Part shown: positions 1 to 12,104 of the stretch, one piece after another
Numbering within the stretch: the stretch's first letter is position 1
Layout: every line of letters starts with the position of its first letter
Assembly (NCBI GenBank): GCA_951406725.2
Contig: OX597826.1
Location: 75,268,001 to 75,332,000, forward strand
Source: Octopus vulgaris
Lineage: Eukaryota
Reading direction: 5' to 3'
DNA length: 64,000 nt
Position numbers and translations under genes: made by a program
The notes under the pieces: model-generated
Seen by the model: only the letters and a program-made list of their open reading frames with translations
Told to the model about the DNA's origin: nothing
The model's database searches: none

Positions 1-53
1 TATGTATGTGTGTGTGTGTGTGTGTGTGTATGGGTAGATATATTATGCATGTA

Positions 54-98
<45 letters not shown>

Positions 99-1359
99 AC
101 ATATTACATGTACATCTATATATATACATCTACACATAAAATACAAAATAGAAAGTTATATCTTGATATCGCTAGTGATAACAATACTCAAAATATATAA
201 CAGACTGGAATTGTAGGCCCGTCTTTTGCAATTTTGATCAATTGGATTTTGTATAGAAGTGTACGGCTGCAGCGAAATTCATTTTTGGACTTTCTTCTAT
301 CGAAAGCATTTTAACAAAAATGCTTCCGTAAAGACGGTGAAAATATTGTCAATTTCCCCAAACAGGGACACAATTCAATTTTAAAACAATAACCAAAGCC
401 CCTTCTCCGAAAGGGGGAGGGTTACGAATTACAATTATTTAACAAATGCAACACAACAACGTTTCCCTGACGAGGAACCAACAAACGTGATTACAATAGT
501 CAAACAGTAATAATAATAACAACAAACCTTTTAATTTATCCCCATTTATGTGAAACCACTTGTTCAAGTCATTGATGCAATTTTATACGAATTGCTAATA
601 CACACACACACACATAATAAGGGTGAAAAATTGAATACTAATTTGATTAATATGAATTAAAAACCAGTGGTGTAGCATATAAGACCACAGCGGATTTTCT
701 TCTAGCAAAAAGGATGACCAGTATTAATTGCTCATCCCTTTTATATAAATACTTTCACTTTGTTTCACACTTGCAAAGAGAAAGGAGGAGAAAGTGTAGT
801 GGTAATGGTATGAGTGAAGCACTTGAAATGAAAGAGGGAAATGGTAAAATATTTACTTTTCTCGAATTTTTGCTTAATTGGGGGTGAAATTGAAAAAACT
901 TTACATGCCACGACCCGATGGAATCTACTTGTAAAAATGATAGGTAAATTCCAATTGAAGAAATTCTATATTGTAGAATTGTATAAAAAACAAACGGTTT
1001 ATCATAAGAGATTATCATAAGAGATGATGTACATGACAGGTGTACATAATACTGAAATATGCATAAAGTAAACACAGGTAACAGGTCATTTCACAGACGC
1101 TAAACTATAAATTTCACGGGGTACAACCTTAAAGTTGATACCGCTGTCTCACTATTGACTTAAAATACAGTTTTTTCGAAGTTTGAACCTCTAACTTTTT
1201 CCTCAAAATTTTTCTCCACAAGATCATGGATTCATAGCAATAAGAGTGGAAAACTACATCAATATAACCAGTTTTCAGATTTTTTACTTCCTTTTAAAAA
1301 ATGCAGATTCTGTGAATCAATTTAACTAGATCCTTAAAATCTATACTGCCCAGCTATTT

Positions 1360-1690
1360 GAACAAGTAAATGTTCAAACTGTATATTGGGGTACCTCCTC
1401 TGCTGCATGAATTCAATGAAATATGTAGGGAATAAGTCTGAGAGGTACCATAAATATGGTAGTATCTGCATTTGGCATGAATCCATTTTCCTTCCATATG
1501 ATTTGTGTGGACGCCTGTGGTTTCAATTACAAATGACATGGAATGGTTTACAGTGAAGTACAAGAATCCATGACTTGATAAGTTCTTGTATGCTGTTCAT
1601 TCATCAATAAATATCCATCCTGGGTGGACATGCTGGAGTCTCATTGTTTTGCAGGGGTGCAGTTGATTGGCTGTATGGATGAGAAACACT
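1360..1690 (-). mobile_element. Merlin / IS1595(ISXO2)-like DDE transposase relic
   Basis: Translation with stops and shifts HPG..IDE*TAYKNL.SHGF.YFTVNHS.SFV...[11 protein letters not shown] resembles the SDxxxAY...TVNHS..FV...G.HT..IE..W signature. Confidence 0.7.
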
Positions 1691-1992
1691 TTTAGTGAGT
1701 GATTTAATTCATATCCTTTTGTTATTAGTTGTTGTCCTATAATATTTTCTCATGGCTAGACTTGTGTTCAAGGATGACTGGGATCAAATGATGCTGCTTG
1801 CGCAATGGTGACAGGCTGCTCTTACAGCTAACATTTGACATTAAGGTGATGAGACATATTTCTCTACTCTAATTGTTTGGGTTAATGTGTACCCTGTACT
1901 ACATTTTTATGTTGATAAATTATAATTTCCTCTGTAGACCCTATTCTTTTTAAGTATCCTCTGTAATGTATAGTGTTTCTGTATCATTTCAG

Positions 1993-2388
1993 GATACTGG
2001 CTGAAACTTGCAGGAGAAATCTATTTACATCAGAAGCATCATCAATATTTATCATTATTTAAAGACTAAAAATGTTATTCAAAACAACTACAATTTTTTT
2101 ATGAATTTAATGAATTCTGGTGAAATGTTTATCAGCAACATTTAGTGTGTGTCACTGTCTGGAATGAGAACAAAATACTTTGAATTTTGTATAGACTTAG
2201 ATAAAATTTTTATAGGACTTTGTAGCTTAGATCATAGTTGATGGACATATTGAAGAAGGAATATTTGTTAGAAATGAATTATAGAAAGAGAAACCAGAAA
2301 CACATTCACATATTGTGGTGAGAGAAGGAACATGAATGTTAAATAAATCAAAAGATTGATTTTTTTTCTTTTTTTGTATTATGGAGAG
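1993..2388 (+). other. 5' UTR part of the coding exon of ZNF paralogue 1 (acceptor tttcAG at 1991-1992)
   Basis: tttcag|gatac acceptor and leader sequence are conserved in all four units (exon starts 1993, 12385, 21150, 30922). Confidence 0.7.
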
Positions 2389-3375
2389 ATGGCAAAAAAT
2401 TTAAGAAAGTCTTCATATGAATGTGATTTCTGTAAAAAGTCATTCACTACAAAAGGCCATCTTACTACTCATGTACGCATTCATACAGGAGAGAAACCAT
2501 ATCACTGTGGCATCTGTGGGAAATCATTCAATCAAAATGGTGAGTTAACTATTCATAAACGTCTTCATACAGGAGAGAAACCATATCATTGTGATATCTG
2601 TGGTCAATCATTCACTCGTAAAGATATTCTAACCACACACGTACGTATTCACACAGGAGAGAAACCATATCAGTGTGACATGTGCTGTAAATCTTTTGCT
2701 AAAAGTACCAATTTGACCGATCACAAACGCATTCATACTGGAGAAAAACCATATCACTGTGATTTCTGTGGTAAGTCGTTCAATCAAAGTAATCAGCTAA
2801 TTAAACACAAACGTATCCATACAGGAGAAAAGCCATATCACTGTGATATCTGTGACAAATCATTCTCTCGAAATGACGAGTTGACTGTACACAAATACAT
2901 TCATACAGGAGAGAAACCATATCACTGTGATTTCTGTGGCAAGTCATTCCATGAAAATAGTTCCTTGACTGGACACAAACGCATTCATACTGGAGAAAAG
3001 CGATTCCATTGTGATGTTTGTGGTAAAGGATTCATTCGAAGCATAGATTTAAGGGGACATATGCACATTCATACAGGAGAAAAACCCTACCGTTGTGATG
3101 TGTGTGGTAAATCATTCTCTCGAAATGGTGACTTAACAACACACAAACTCATTCATTCTGGAGAGAAACCACATCACTGTGATATCTGTGGCAAGTCATA
3201 CCGTCGAAATAACGAGTTAACTATTCACAAACGTACTCATACTGGGGAGAAACCATTCCATTGTGCCAGCTGTGGTAAATCATTCTCTTACAATTGTCGG
3301 TTAAATAAGCACAAATGTATTGGTATGGAAGAAAGACTATATCATCATAATGTGTTTGGTGAATCATTCTCTTGA
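2389..3375 (+). CDS. C2H2 zinc-finger protein, paralogue 1 (328 aa; 10 canonical fingers + 1 degenerate terminal finger; no effector domain)
   Basis: Tandem CxxC...HxxxH repeats with TGEKP linkers. ATG at 2389 (MAKNLRKSS) aligns with the start of the other paralogues; the ORF track's 2356 start is TTG. Confidence 0.95.
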   Translation: MAKNLRKSSYECDFCKKSFTTKGHLTTHVRIHTGEKPYHCGICGKSFNQNGELTIHKRLHTGEKPYHCDICGQSFTRKDILTTHVRIHTGEKPYQCDMCCKSFAKSTNLTDHKRIHTGEKPYHCDFCGKSFNQSNQLIKHKRIHTGEKPYHCDICDKSFSRNDELTVHKYIHTGEKPYHCDFCGKSFHENSSLTGHKRIHTGEKRFHCDVCGKGFIRSIDLRGHMHIHTGEKPYRCDVCGKSFSRNGDLTTHKLIHSGEKPHHCDICGKSYRRNNELTIHKRTHTGEKPFHCASCGKSFSYNCRLNKHKCIGMEERLYHHNVFGESFS

Positions 3376-3574
3376 CATAATTTAACAATTCACATTTGTA
3401 CTCTTACATGGGAGAAAACATGTCACATTGTTATTTATAGTATTTCACCAGTCACTGCACCCCCCACCTTTCCCATTTTTTTTTGCATTCTTGTGAACTC
3501 CCTACTCATGACCTTGGGCAATCCTCTACTATCCCATTTGTATTCACATCTTACCTTGAAAGTATGCTGTGGTA

Positions 3575-3922
3575 CATTGCCACACTTGCCTCCTTATGAG
3601 ACCTCAAAATCTCTCGTGGAAGCGCCATCCAACCAAAATGCAAATATATGGGAAACTACCACCTGTGTCATCTCTTGTGAAAGGTAGGAGAGTCCAGTTT
3701 GCTGGACTTTGTTGTAGAGCTGAAAACGAGGTAATTTCTACTCTTCTCCTCTGGAAGCCATCTGCTCACAATACCAGAGGGCACACACTCTCCTACCCTG
3801 ATGTAATCTCCAGGGATACCAGCATCCACCAACAGGACCTCTGTAATGCCATGATGGACCATGAAGTCTGGTGTAGCATGGTAAATTCTATTGTCTTGAC
3901 CACGGTCGAACAATGATGATGA
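3575..3922 (+). mobile_element. RTE-clade LINE 3' fragment in the ZNF1 3' UTR
   Basis: IYGKLPPVS...RRVQFAG.C.R...LLW.P C-terminus typical of RTE ORF2, ending in a (TGA)n tail. Confidence 0.75.
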
Positions 3923-4099
3923 CATTGCCACCATCTCTTGCTCATTCCCCCTTCTCTCGCACTCCCTTTGATTGGGGTAACCATCTATCTCCTCTACAGT
4001 AAAACACTTGTTTCTGCCCCTCTGTTATACTCTCTCACCTCTCATCACCTGGCACCCTGGCACAAAGCCACCTCCCTCAGTATCTCCACCCTCTCAAAG

Positions 4100-4405
4100 G
4101 ATCTTTGTCTTGCAAGTTTCTTGGTGACCTCACTGGTGTGGATGCCACGTAAAAAGCATCCAGTCCACTCTGTAAAGTGGTTGGACTTTGGAAGGACATT
4201 CAGCCATAAAAACCATGCCAAAGCAGACCTTGCCAGTGCTGGTGCCATATAAAAAGCACCCTTAGTCCACTCTGTAAAATGGCTGGCATAAGGGCGGACA
4301 TCCAGTCGTAGAAACCATGCCAAAGCACTCAGTTGGAGCCTGGTGCTAGCTCCTGTCAAGCCATTCATCTGATATTAGCTTGGAAAAATAAGTGTTAAAT
4401 GATGA
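4100..4405 (+). mobile_element. RTE-3'-end-related short element
   Basis: gccacgtaaaaagca / ggagcctggtgc / gttaaatgatga motifs shared with the 3' UTR of the RTE at 25678-26548. Confidence 0.6.
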
Positions 4406-4787
4406 TTATAATTATTATGATGAGGATATCTGTAAGTATTTTTTTAAATGCTTTTTAATGTACATCCTTTCAAGTATTCTTGGGTATATTCCACCAAGGG
4501 ACTAAATCTGTTGTTGATGACATCTCTGATTTTAGTTGTAAAATGGTTCCTTCATGACTATGTGAAACTAAAGATGAATTTGCAAGTGTCATTGTGACCT
4601 TATACATAATTACAAAGCGTGTGGAATAATCTTTGAATTATCATCATCAATATTTGTGTTCATTGTCAATGTTGGAATGTGTTGGAACACATTTTCTCAA
4701 ACATTTTGTCATTTCAACTGTAAATCTTAAAATTCAGGGTTCTTGATGCACCAATCTTTGTGAATATTCATAACAATTTGAAATCTA

Positions 4788-4793
4788 AATAAA
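4788..4793 (+). terminator. Putative poly(A) signal of ZNF paralogue 1
   Basis: AATAAA inside a 3' block conserved between units, followed by T-rich sequence. Confidence 0.55.
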
Positions 4794-5904
4794 GTTGGTT
4801 TGCTCTTATATTCTTCTTTTCTTGTTTTATATTTGAAACATCTTAATCAAGTCTCTGCTATAAATTCTGCACAGAACTTGCTAATTTGATCAGCGTATGA
4901 TGAAAGTTGCACATTTTCTAAACTGATTTTCACCAACTGCTTACTTTTAACCCTATATAATTTATTGACATTATTTGATACAAGATTTGATCTGATATTA
5001 TGAGGAAATGAATGAGATATAAGTAATAGGATGATATTGTAAATGAAATGGTGACGATGGTAGCTTTGTAGTGGAGCTGTGATATAGTGAGTTGGTTGAT
5101 GAGGCTGTCTAAGGACAAGATATTTCCCATTTTCAGATATTAAAATATGATTTCATCATTTTACATGCATTTTAAATACATATTGTAGTATAGAAACTTA
5201 CATATGTGATTGCTATTTGTATCAAGAACAAGCAACATGATAATACGAAACATCTGCAAAAGTCATTGCAATATTCAGAAGCGGAATAACTGAATTGCTG
5301 GAAACCTTATTTCTTCTTTTGGGGAATGATGTTAGCCTTGTGTGAAAAGTAATCTTCGAAATATTGATGATTTGAATGAACAACATTTCTCACCTGCTCA
5401 CCGTGAAAACATCTTTCAGTAAGAATGAGCACATCTTAACATTTACAGCTGTAAACAAAAAACTCGGATTTCATGATTTGACCCTGTTAGGGTGGAATAA
5501 ATATTTTTGAACAGAGTTTAGTTTGGAAAAATATTAAAGCAAGGCTAGACTTTTTCTTTAGACTTCCTTGTTTCTAGCATTGGAGTTTGTAGAAACTGTA
5601 AAGCCATTATAAAATGTTATTTCTGTTTTAAAGTATTTTCAGAACAAAGGATATAATTTGCATTTTCAGTAGAGTGAAATTACAAATGTTTGTGGAATGA
5701 AGTGGTGGTGAATTGCATATATTAACCACAATGTATTACTGTTATCTGTTTTTTAACTCCTAGTAAATGAAATCCCGGGTTGAACTTGGCAGGAATAAAA
5801 GAAAATATGGCAATTTATTAAATCCATAACTCTAGGCCTTTCAATTTGTCATCCTCCTATTTGGTGTAATCACTTTAATTGTAATATAAAAATATTAAGA
5901 GTGA

Positions 5905-6711
5905 TTTCAAATTTTGGCACAAGGCCAGTAATTTTAGGAAGAGGGAGTTAGTTGATTGCATCGACACCTGAACTTGATGAGTATTCTGTTTTCATAATGC
6001 AATGAAAGGCTAAGTTAACCTTGGCAGGATTTGAACTCCAAATGTAAAATGCAGGAAGAAACAGCGTTAAGCATTTTGCCTCACATGATTATTCTATCAG
6101 CTCCCTGCCTAGATAAAGATAAGTTTCAAATTTTGGCTCCAGGCCAGCAGCTTTGGAGTAAAGTATAAGTTGGCTACATTGCCCCCCTCCCTCAGTACTC
6201 AACAAGTATTTACTTTGACTCCCCCCAACCACCAAAAGGATGAAAGGCAAAGTTGACCTCTGCAGAATTTGAACTCAGAACCTAAAGACAGACAAGATGC
6301 TGCTAAGTATTTCACCCACCATGCTAATGATTCTTGATTCTAGTAATCTTTTCAACTCTAAGCACAAGACCCGATATTTTTGGGGAGGGTGCCAGTTGAT
6401 TAGCTTGACCTCAGTACGCGACTGGTATTTAATTTATCAATCTCGAAAGGATGAAAGGCAAAGTCAACTTCGGTGGAATTTGAACTCAGAACGTAAAGAC
6501 CACTAAGCATTTCGCCCAGCATGCTAACATTTCTTATTTCTTTACTGCCCACAAGGGGCTACACACACAGAGGACAAACAAAGACAGACAAATGGATTAA
6601 GTCGATTATATCGACCCCAGTGCGTAACTGGTACTTATTTAATCGACCCCGAAAGGACGAAAGGCAAAGTCGATCTCGGCAGAATTTGAACTTAGAATGT
6701 TAAGACAGACG
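5905..6711 (-). mobile_element. Cluster of tRNA-like-head SINEs (family C)
   Basis: Repeated core gaaaggatgaaaggcaaagtcgacctcggcggaatttgaactcaga; B-box-like GAGTTCAAATTCC on the minus strand. Confidence 0.8.
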
Positions 6712-6998
6712 GTCATAATATACAAACATTTCTCATGGCACCAGTACACTGTTTACAGGTACTTACATTTTTAATGTTTTCCATGAATTTTTCATGGGTC
6801 CAGCTAGTATATATAATTATTTTATTACTATCATAAATATTAATAATAATAATGATGGTTTCAAATTTTGGCACACGGCCAGCAGTTTTTGAGGGTAGGG
6901 GTACCAATTTTTCAGAGTAGACAGGCTAGTTTATCATTCTGGAAATATTACCCATGGGCAATTATAGAGTGAATTTTAGGGCTTATAAAGCTAATCTT

Positions 6999-7100
6999 TA
7001 CGTATCCTTCATTAATACCAGATCCCATATTCTACGTATCCTTCATTAATACCAGATCCCATATTCTACGTATCCTTCATTAATACCAGATCCCATATTC
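6999..7100. repeat. Three perfect 34-bp tandem repeats
   Basis: (tacgtatccttcattaataccagatcccatattc)x3. Confidence 0.95.
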
Positions 7101-7250
7101 TACTCATACCTGCACTAGGTCTACTTAGGAGGTTATTGTGCCCTAGCGTATGTGCTGCCTCTTTTAGTTTTCGTATTTTCCAGAGGTGTTTTCTGTCTAT
7201 TATTTTAACTTCATCCCACAGGGGGAGGCGGTCTCTGTTTTTCCATACTG
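7067..7250 (-). mobile_element. Penelope-like element, GIY-YIG C-terminal relic
   Basis: PLWDEVKIIDR..LWKIRKLKEAAH resembles the W..V.I.D.E.....R...EA end of PLE endonucleases. Confidence 0.65.
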
Positions 7251-7632
7251 ACAAGGTAAACATTACTTCTCATTTCTCTGGGATTGCTAAAATAATCTGG
7301 CAATCAAATACTGACGTCAGCACTTTCGGTTCAGATCCTCCAATCAAAATTGCTGACCTTATGTCTGAATTAGAAACAATTATTTATTAGCCCCATATCA
7401 GTCCTGCTCAACAGATATATAACCCAAGATATTTCTACATGACCGTTTAGTCTTCACTGGTATTGTACAATTTGTAATAAAGTCCTCAATTTCGAGATGT
7501 AGCAATACAGTCCAAGGGAGACTAGGCTGCTATTTCTAGCTGGTTATCTGTAGAGGCTACATAGTTTAGTCCTGAGAAACAATGATTGATCATACGAACA
7601 TTTTTTTCATTTCTTGGCCACGCTGCGTTTAA

Positions 7633-7849
7633 TCTTTATTTATTCGTTACATAACAAACTACTTTAAAAAAAGGGCCGTTATCGAATTTTATACGAAACA
7701 GTGGTTAACAATGAAGCTGAAAGTGTGTCCATATATATTCTTTTATATTTTTGATTAGAAACGAATTCCTCGGCGATTTCCTTCTCCGACCGATTCTTCC
7801 CAAGAACTTTCCGATCGACTCTTATCAGCGAAATATAAAAGAGAAACAA
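7633..7849 (+). promoter_or_regulatory. Putative promoter + non-coding exon 1 of ZNF paralogue 2 (donor GTAAGT at 7850)
   Basis: Non-repeat block homologous to 17881-18081 and 27612-27798, each ending in an aligned 5' splice site. Confidence 0.65.
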
Positions 7850-10800
7850 GTAAGTATTTCATGTATTTAAATCTATATAAAATATTTTCGGCCTTGCGGG
7901 TGTATAAAAATGTCAAAGAATTAAGAAGTTTTCTTTTTCTTCCTTTAATCTTTTAGTATTTCATAGAACAGAAATTACGATTCTGAAAAATTTATCAAAA
8001 ATTTAGAATTTCTTATATTTTTGCTCCCCATTCCCTAATTCTGTGTCCTTTTCCTTCACCATGAAGTACTGATTGCTATTTCGAAACACTGCTATTTTCA
8101 ATATTTCATTTAATTATTGTAATATTTTCCCTCCACCTCTACATTTCGTCTCCGCTCATAAGCTACACTCTCTACACCGAATAGAATTCCTATCGACTTC
8201 TTTTCTAAATTTCGCGCATGGCTATATCCCCGATAAGATCAGGATCTTGTCTTCTTTCCTACTCGCTAATAATGCTTTTAATCTTTGCTAAATTCACTTT
8301 GTGGTCTCGATTCTGGGTTTTCAATGTTAGGAATTTCTTTTCTAATTCTACAGATTCTAATTCTATAAGAACTAGGTGATAACGATGCTGCTATGCTAGT
8401 TATCGGGTATGAAGCTCTCGTATATCGGTAACTAGCACACACCCCACTTTCCTAGGTATCTTAAGCACTTTTTGTAGCGATTGAAACATCGGTTAATATT
8501 TTAATGCACATCAATTTTCACCATTTTAAACGCATTTCACACACATAGCCCAATGTCATAATTCAAAACTAACGCAGCGAAAATTTTGAAAAGTTCCCCC
8601 AGTTCTGAAAAAAATCGATTCCACCGGGTGCGGATCTAGATATTAACCGAAACGGTGCGGATCTAGATATTAACCGAAACATCTATTATTTTTAAGATTT
8701 CCTTGTGGCCATGCCTTCTTTGTACCCATAGAGTTTTCAAAGATGAATACGCCTGTATGGCCGTTTTCTATTCTATAAGCTTTAGTATACTAATGTGGTT
8801 TCTATTTCAGGGAAATGTAGAATTACGGTGATCTTCCAGGCTCGCCCTAGTGGAGTAGCGTGAACATCCCATCTTTCCTTTTCTCCATATTTTAGAGTTT
8901 AAAATATTATCACTGCCCCTGTTTCCGATGAAACCTGTGCCCATATTGTCTTTATTTATTTATTTATTTTTGTTTACATCATATTTAAAAGCATAGGAAT
9001 GTGATTGCTAATTCTAGCATATCGAACGATCATGATGGGGGTATATTTGATTTTCAAGCGGTTGGTTCTTGGATTCTTTGCTAGGAATCGAAACCATACC
9101 CTAAATGTTTCTGCTATCTTTTTGTTTTTTTCTTTTGGTCTGTCAAAATGCACTTCGAAATTTACAAGTCTTCTTTCTATCTTCTTGACTATATTGAAGG
9201 TCAACATTAGTTCCAGTTGGATAACTGACGAAAAAATCTTTTGTTCTCTTGGCCTACTTTAGCTAGGAAATTATCTTAAAAAAGGTGACCAAAGCAATCT
9301 TTCTTTTGTTACCTGGCTCTTGTTCGGAAGTAACTTGGCTACTATCTTGGCGCTGGTATCCCCCCCTCTTTCTACTAATAGCTGACATAGAGGTAGCATA
9401 TTCCTCTCCCTCTGTCTACTCGACAATCTAGATAAAGTGAATTCTGTAACTCTTCCTCTTCTTCCTTTGGCCACATATACAACAAAATGACTGATGCACT
9501 CTATCCGAATTACAACAGAACTTCTACTAATCTGTGTTCAACAACTCGAAGCCAGCAGTTGTTTTATTTTGTGACGGTAAATAAAGGCAATTTCGATTCT
9601 TATTTATGTCTTGTCAATTATACCCAAAACCACCACATTTATAACAGCATCCATTACGTTCCTGATAACTCCACGAAGAAACCAACTGCACATTGTTGTG
9701 ACGACTGGAGATCACGGATCAAACGCATGCTGCTTTCTAACCAACGTACAAAACCGTTACAAGTTAGTTGAAAAGAGATTAAACTCGCAATAAAATAATG
9801 AAAGAAATCGTCATTGTGGTTTTAACGTCCACTCTTCCAGTCGTGTATCGGCCTGAGTTCAAGGGTAGATTTTTCTATGGCCGAATGCCCTTTCCTTTTG
9901 CTAATCCTTCCCCGTTTTCAAGCTAGGTAATATTTCTCTACGGACAGACATGTTTTTGCATAATATTGGAAATGAATGGTATTCATTTACACCAATGACG
10001 CAAGGTCCAGGGGCGACACACACACGATGAGGTTCCTTCAGATTCCATCTGTCAAATTCATTCGAGTAGAAAAGACTTGGTCAAGATCTCATTCAGTGGC
10101 TGGAACCCAAAGGCATGTGGTTGCTTCCTAACCACACGACCATGCCTGCACCTACATGTATTCAATAATTGGTCTTTACAAATATTTCTTTCGGAGAGTT
10201 TTCCTAAGCAAAATGAGATAGTGATGAAAATGAAAAGTGCTCATTTTATTTCAAGTGAATTGTTGAATTCATAGAGATAACTGTAGATTCTCTCCTAGTT
10301 AATTACTAGTAAATCATAGCTACTGGTGGTCATAAGTCAAGGATAATCTGTAAGTGTTCCACTGTGATTTTATAATATATGTTCATTTTTGCTCTGTAAT
10401 ATAACAGAAAATGTACACAGTATCCCTTTTTTTTATTTATCAAGTTTCATCAGAATCGGTTGAAAGCCGTGGTCAGGGTGAGGGTACGAGAAAACAGACA
10501 CACAGAAACACGCACAGACAAACTGCCGTTTATATAGAGAGAGATGTTCATTTTTGCTCTGTAATATAACAGAAAATGTACACAGTATCCCTGCATACCA
10601 TAATGAGCAACTAATAGGGTTTGTATCACGAAAAGCCATTAAACTTTCGCAGTATGGAAAAGCTAAAGTATAAATGATGATGTCACATATTTTCTCATGT
10701 TTTTTTTTTTTGTTTTTTATGTCCCTTTTTCCATGCTTACATGAGTTAGATGAAATTCATTGAGGCAAATTTCCTTCATCTAAATGCCCTTCATGTTATC

Positions 10801-10921
10801 AACCCTCATCTTGTTTCCAAGTAAGGCTATAGTAGAAGACACTTGCCCAAGGTGCCATGCAGTTGGACTGAACCCAGAACCATGTGGTTGATAAATAAGC
10901 TACTTACCACACAGCCACTCT

Positions 10922-10959
<38 letters not shown>

Positions 10960-11650
10960 AAATATAGTCCTCTCCCTCTATATATATATATATATATATA
11001 TTGGAGCCTGGTGCAGCCATCTGGTTCGCCAGTCCTCAGTCAAATCGTCCAACCCATGCTAGCATGGAAAGCGGACGCTAAATGATGATGATGACGCACA
11101 CACACACACACGAAAAAATTTAATGATACACAAGAGTTCAGTTGTTCAGGTAAAGGTTTACTTTTACAATTTATAACAAATTTTTGCTTTAGAATCTACT
11201 GTTTAATTACATGTTATCAACCCTCATCTTGTTTCCAAGTAAGGTAATATCTCCTCATGGTAAGGCTCCAAGCTGGCAGAATACTTAGCATGTCAGGTAG
11301 AATGCTAAGTGGCATTTTGTCCATCTTTACGTTCTGAGTTCAAATTCCTCCTAGGGTCACTTTACCTTTCATTCTTTTGGGGCTGATAAAATAAGTAGCC
11401 ATAGAGCACTGGTTTTTGGAACTGGGATAAAAAATTTTGTTGTAAGCATCATCAATATTTATCATCTTTCAAAGGCAAAAGAAGATATACAGAACAGTTC
11501 GCTTCTTGAAAGTCTTCCTTGTCATTTGCTCTTTATTCTTTGAGTTTCAAAAATATTTCTATCCAAAGCTTGAATTGTTCACAGGATTATGGGGACACTT
11601 TTTTTAAAATCTGATCTTATATTCAGAACACAAGATATATAGATATATAT

Positions 11651-11851
11651 TCTTTTACTTGTTTGTCATTTGACTACGGCCATGCTGGAGCATCGCCTTT
11701 AGTCAAGCAAATTGACCCCAGAACTTATTCTTTCTAAGCCTAGTACTTATTCTATTGGTTTCTTTTGCTGAACCGCTAAGTTATGGGGGCGTAAACACAC
11801 CATATTCAGTTGTTAAGTGATGCTGGAGGGAAAAACACAGACACACACATA

Positions 11852-11891
<40 letters not shown>

Positions 11892-12054
11892 CACACACGA
11901 CAGGCTTCTTTCAGTTTCTGTCTACCAAATCCACTCACAAGATTTTGGTCGGCCCAAGGCTATAGTAGAAGACACTTGCCCAAGGTGCCATGCAGTTGGA
12001 CTGAACCCAGAACCATGTGGTTGATAAATAAGCTACTTACCACACAGCCACTCT

Positions 12055-12058
<4 letters not shown>
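11651..12058 (-). mobile_element. tRNA-like-head SINE, family A
   Basis: Head gagtggctgtgtggtaagtagctt...gggttcagtcc, internal (CA)n, tail atgac...aagtaaaaga. Confidence 0.85.

Positions 12059-12104
<46 letters not shown>

Noticed and set aside
460-495. CTGACGAG hammerhead-like core
   Set aside because: No stem II or GAAA follows.
2356-2388. ORF-track N-terminal extensions of ZNF1 (and 21512-21532 for ZNF3)
   Set aside because: TTG starts; the aligned ATG of all paralogues is downstream.
6999-7100. CRISPR-like 34-bp repeats
   Set aside because: No spacers, eukaryotic context; simple tandem triplication.
9765-9795. TTGAAAA-gag/ctc-GCAA possible U3-A8 hammerhead
   Set aside because: GAAA is broken and there is no stem I; could be chance in AT-rich DNA.
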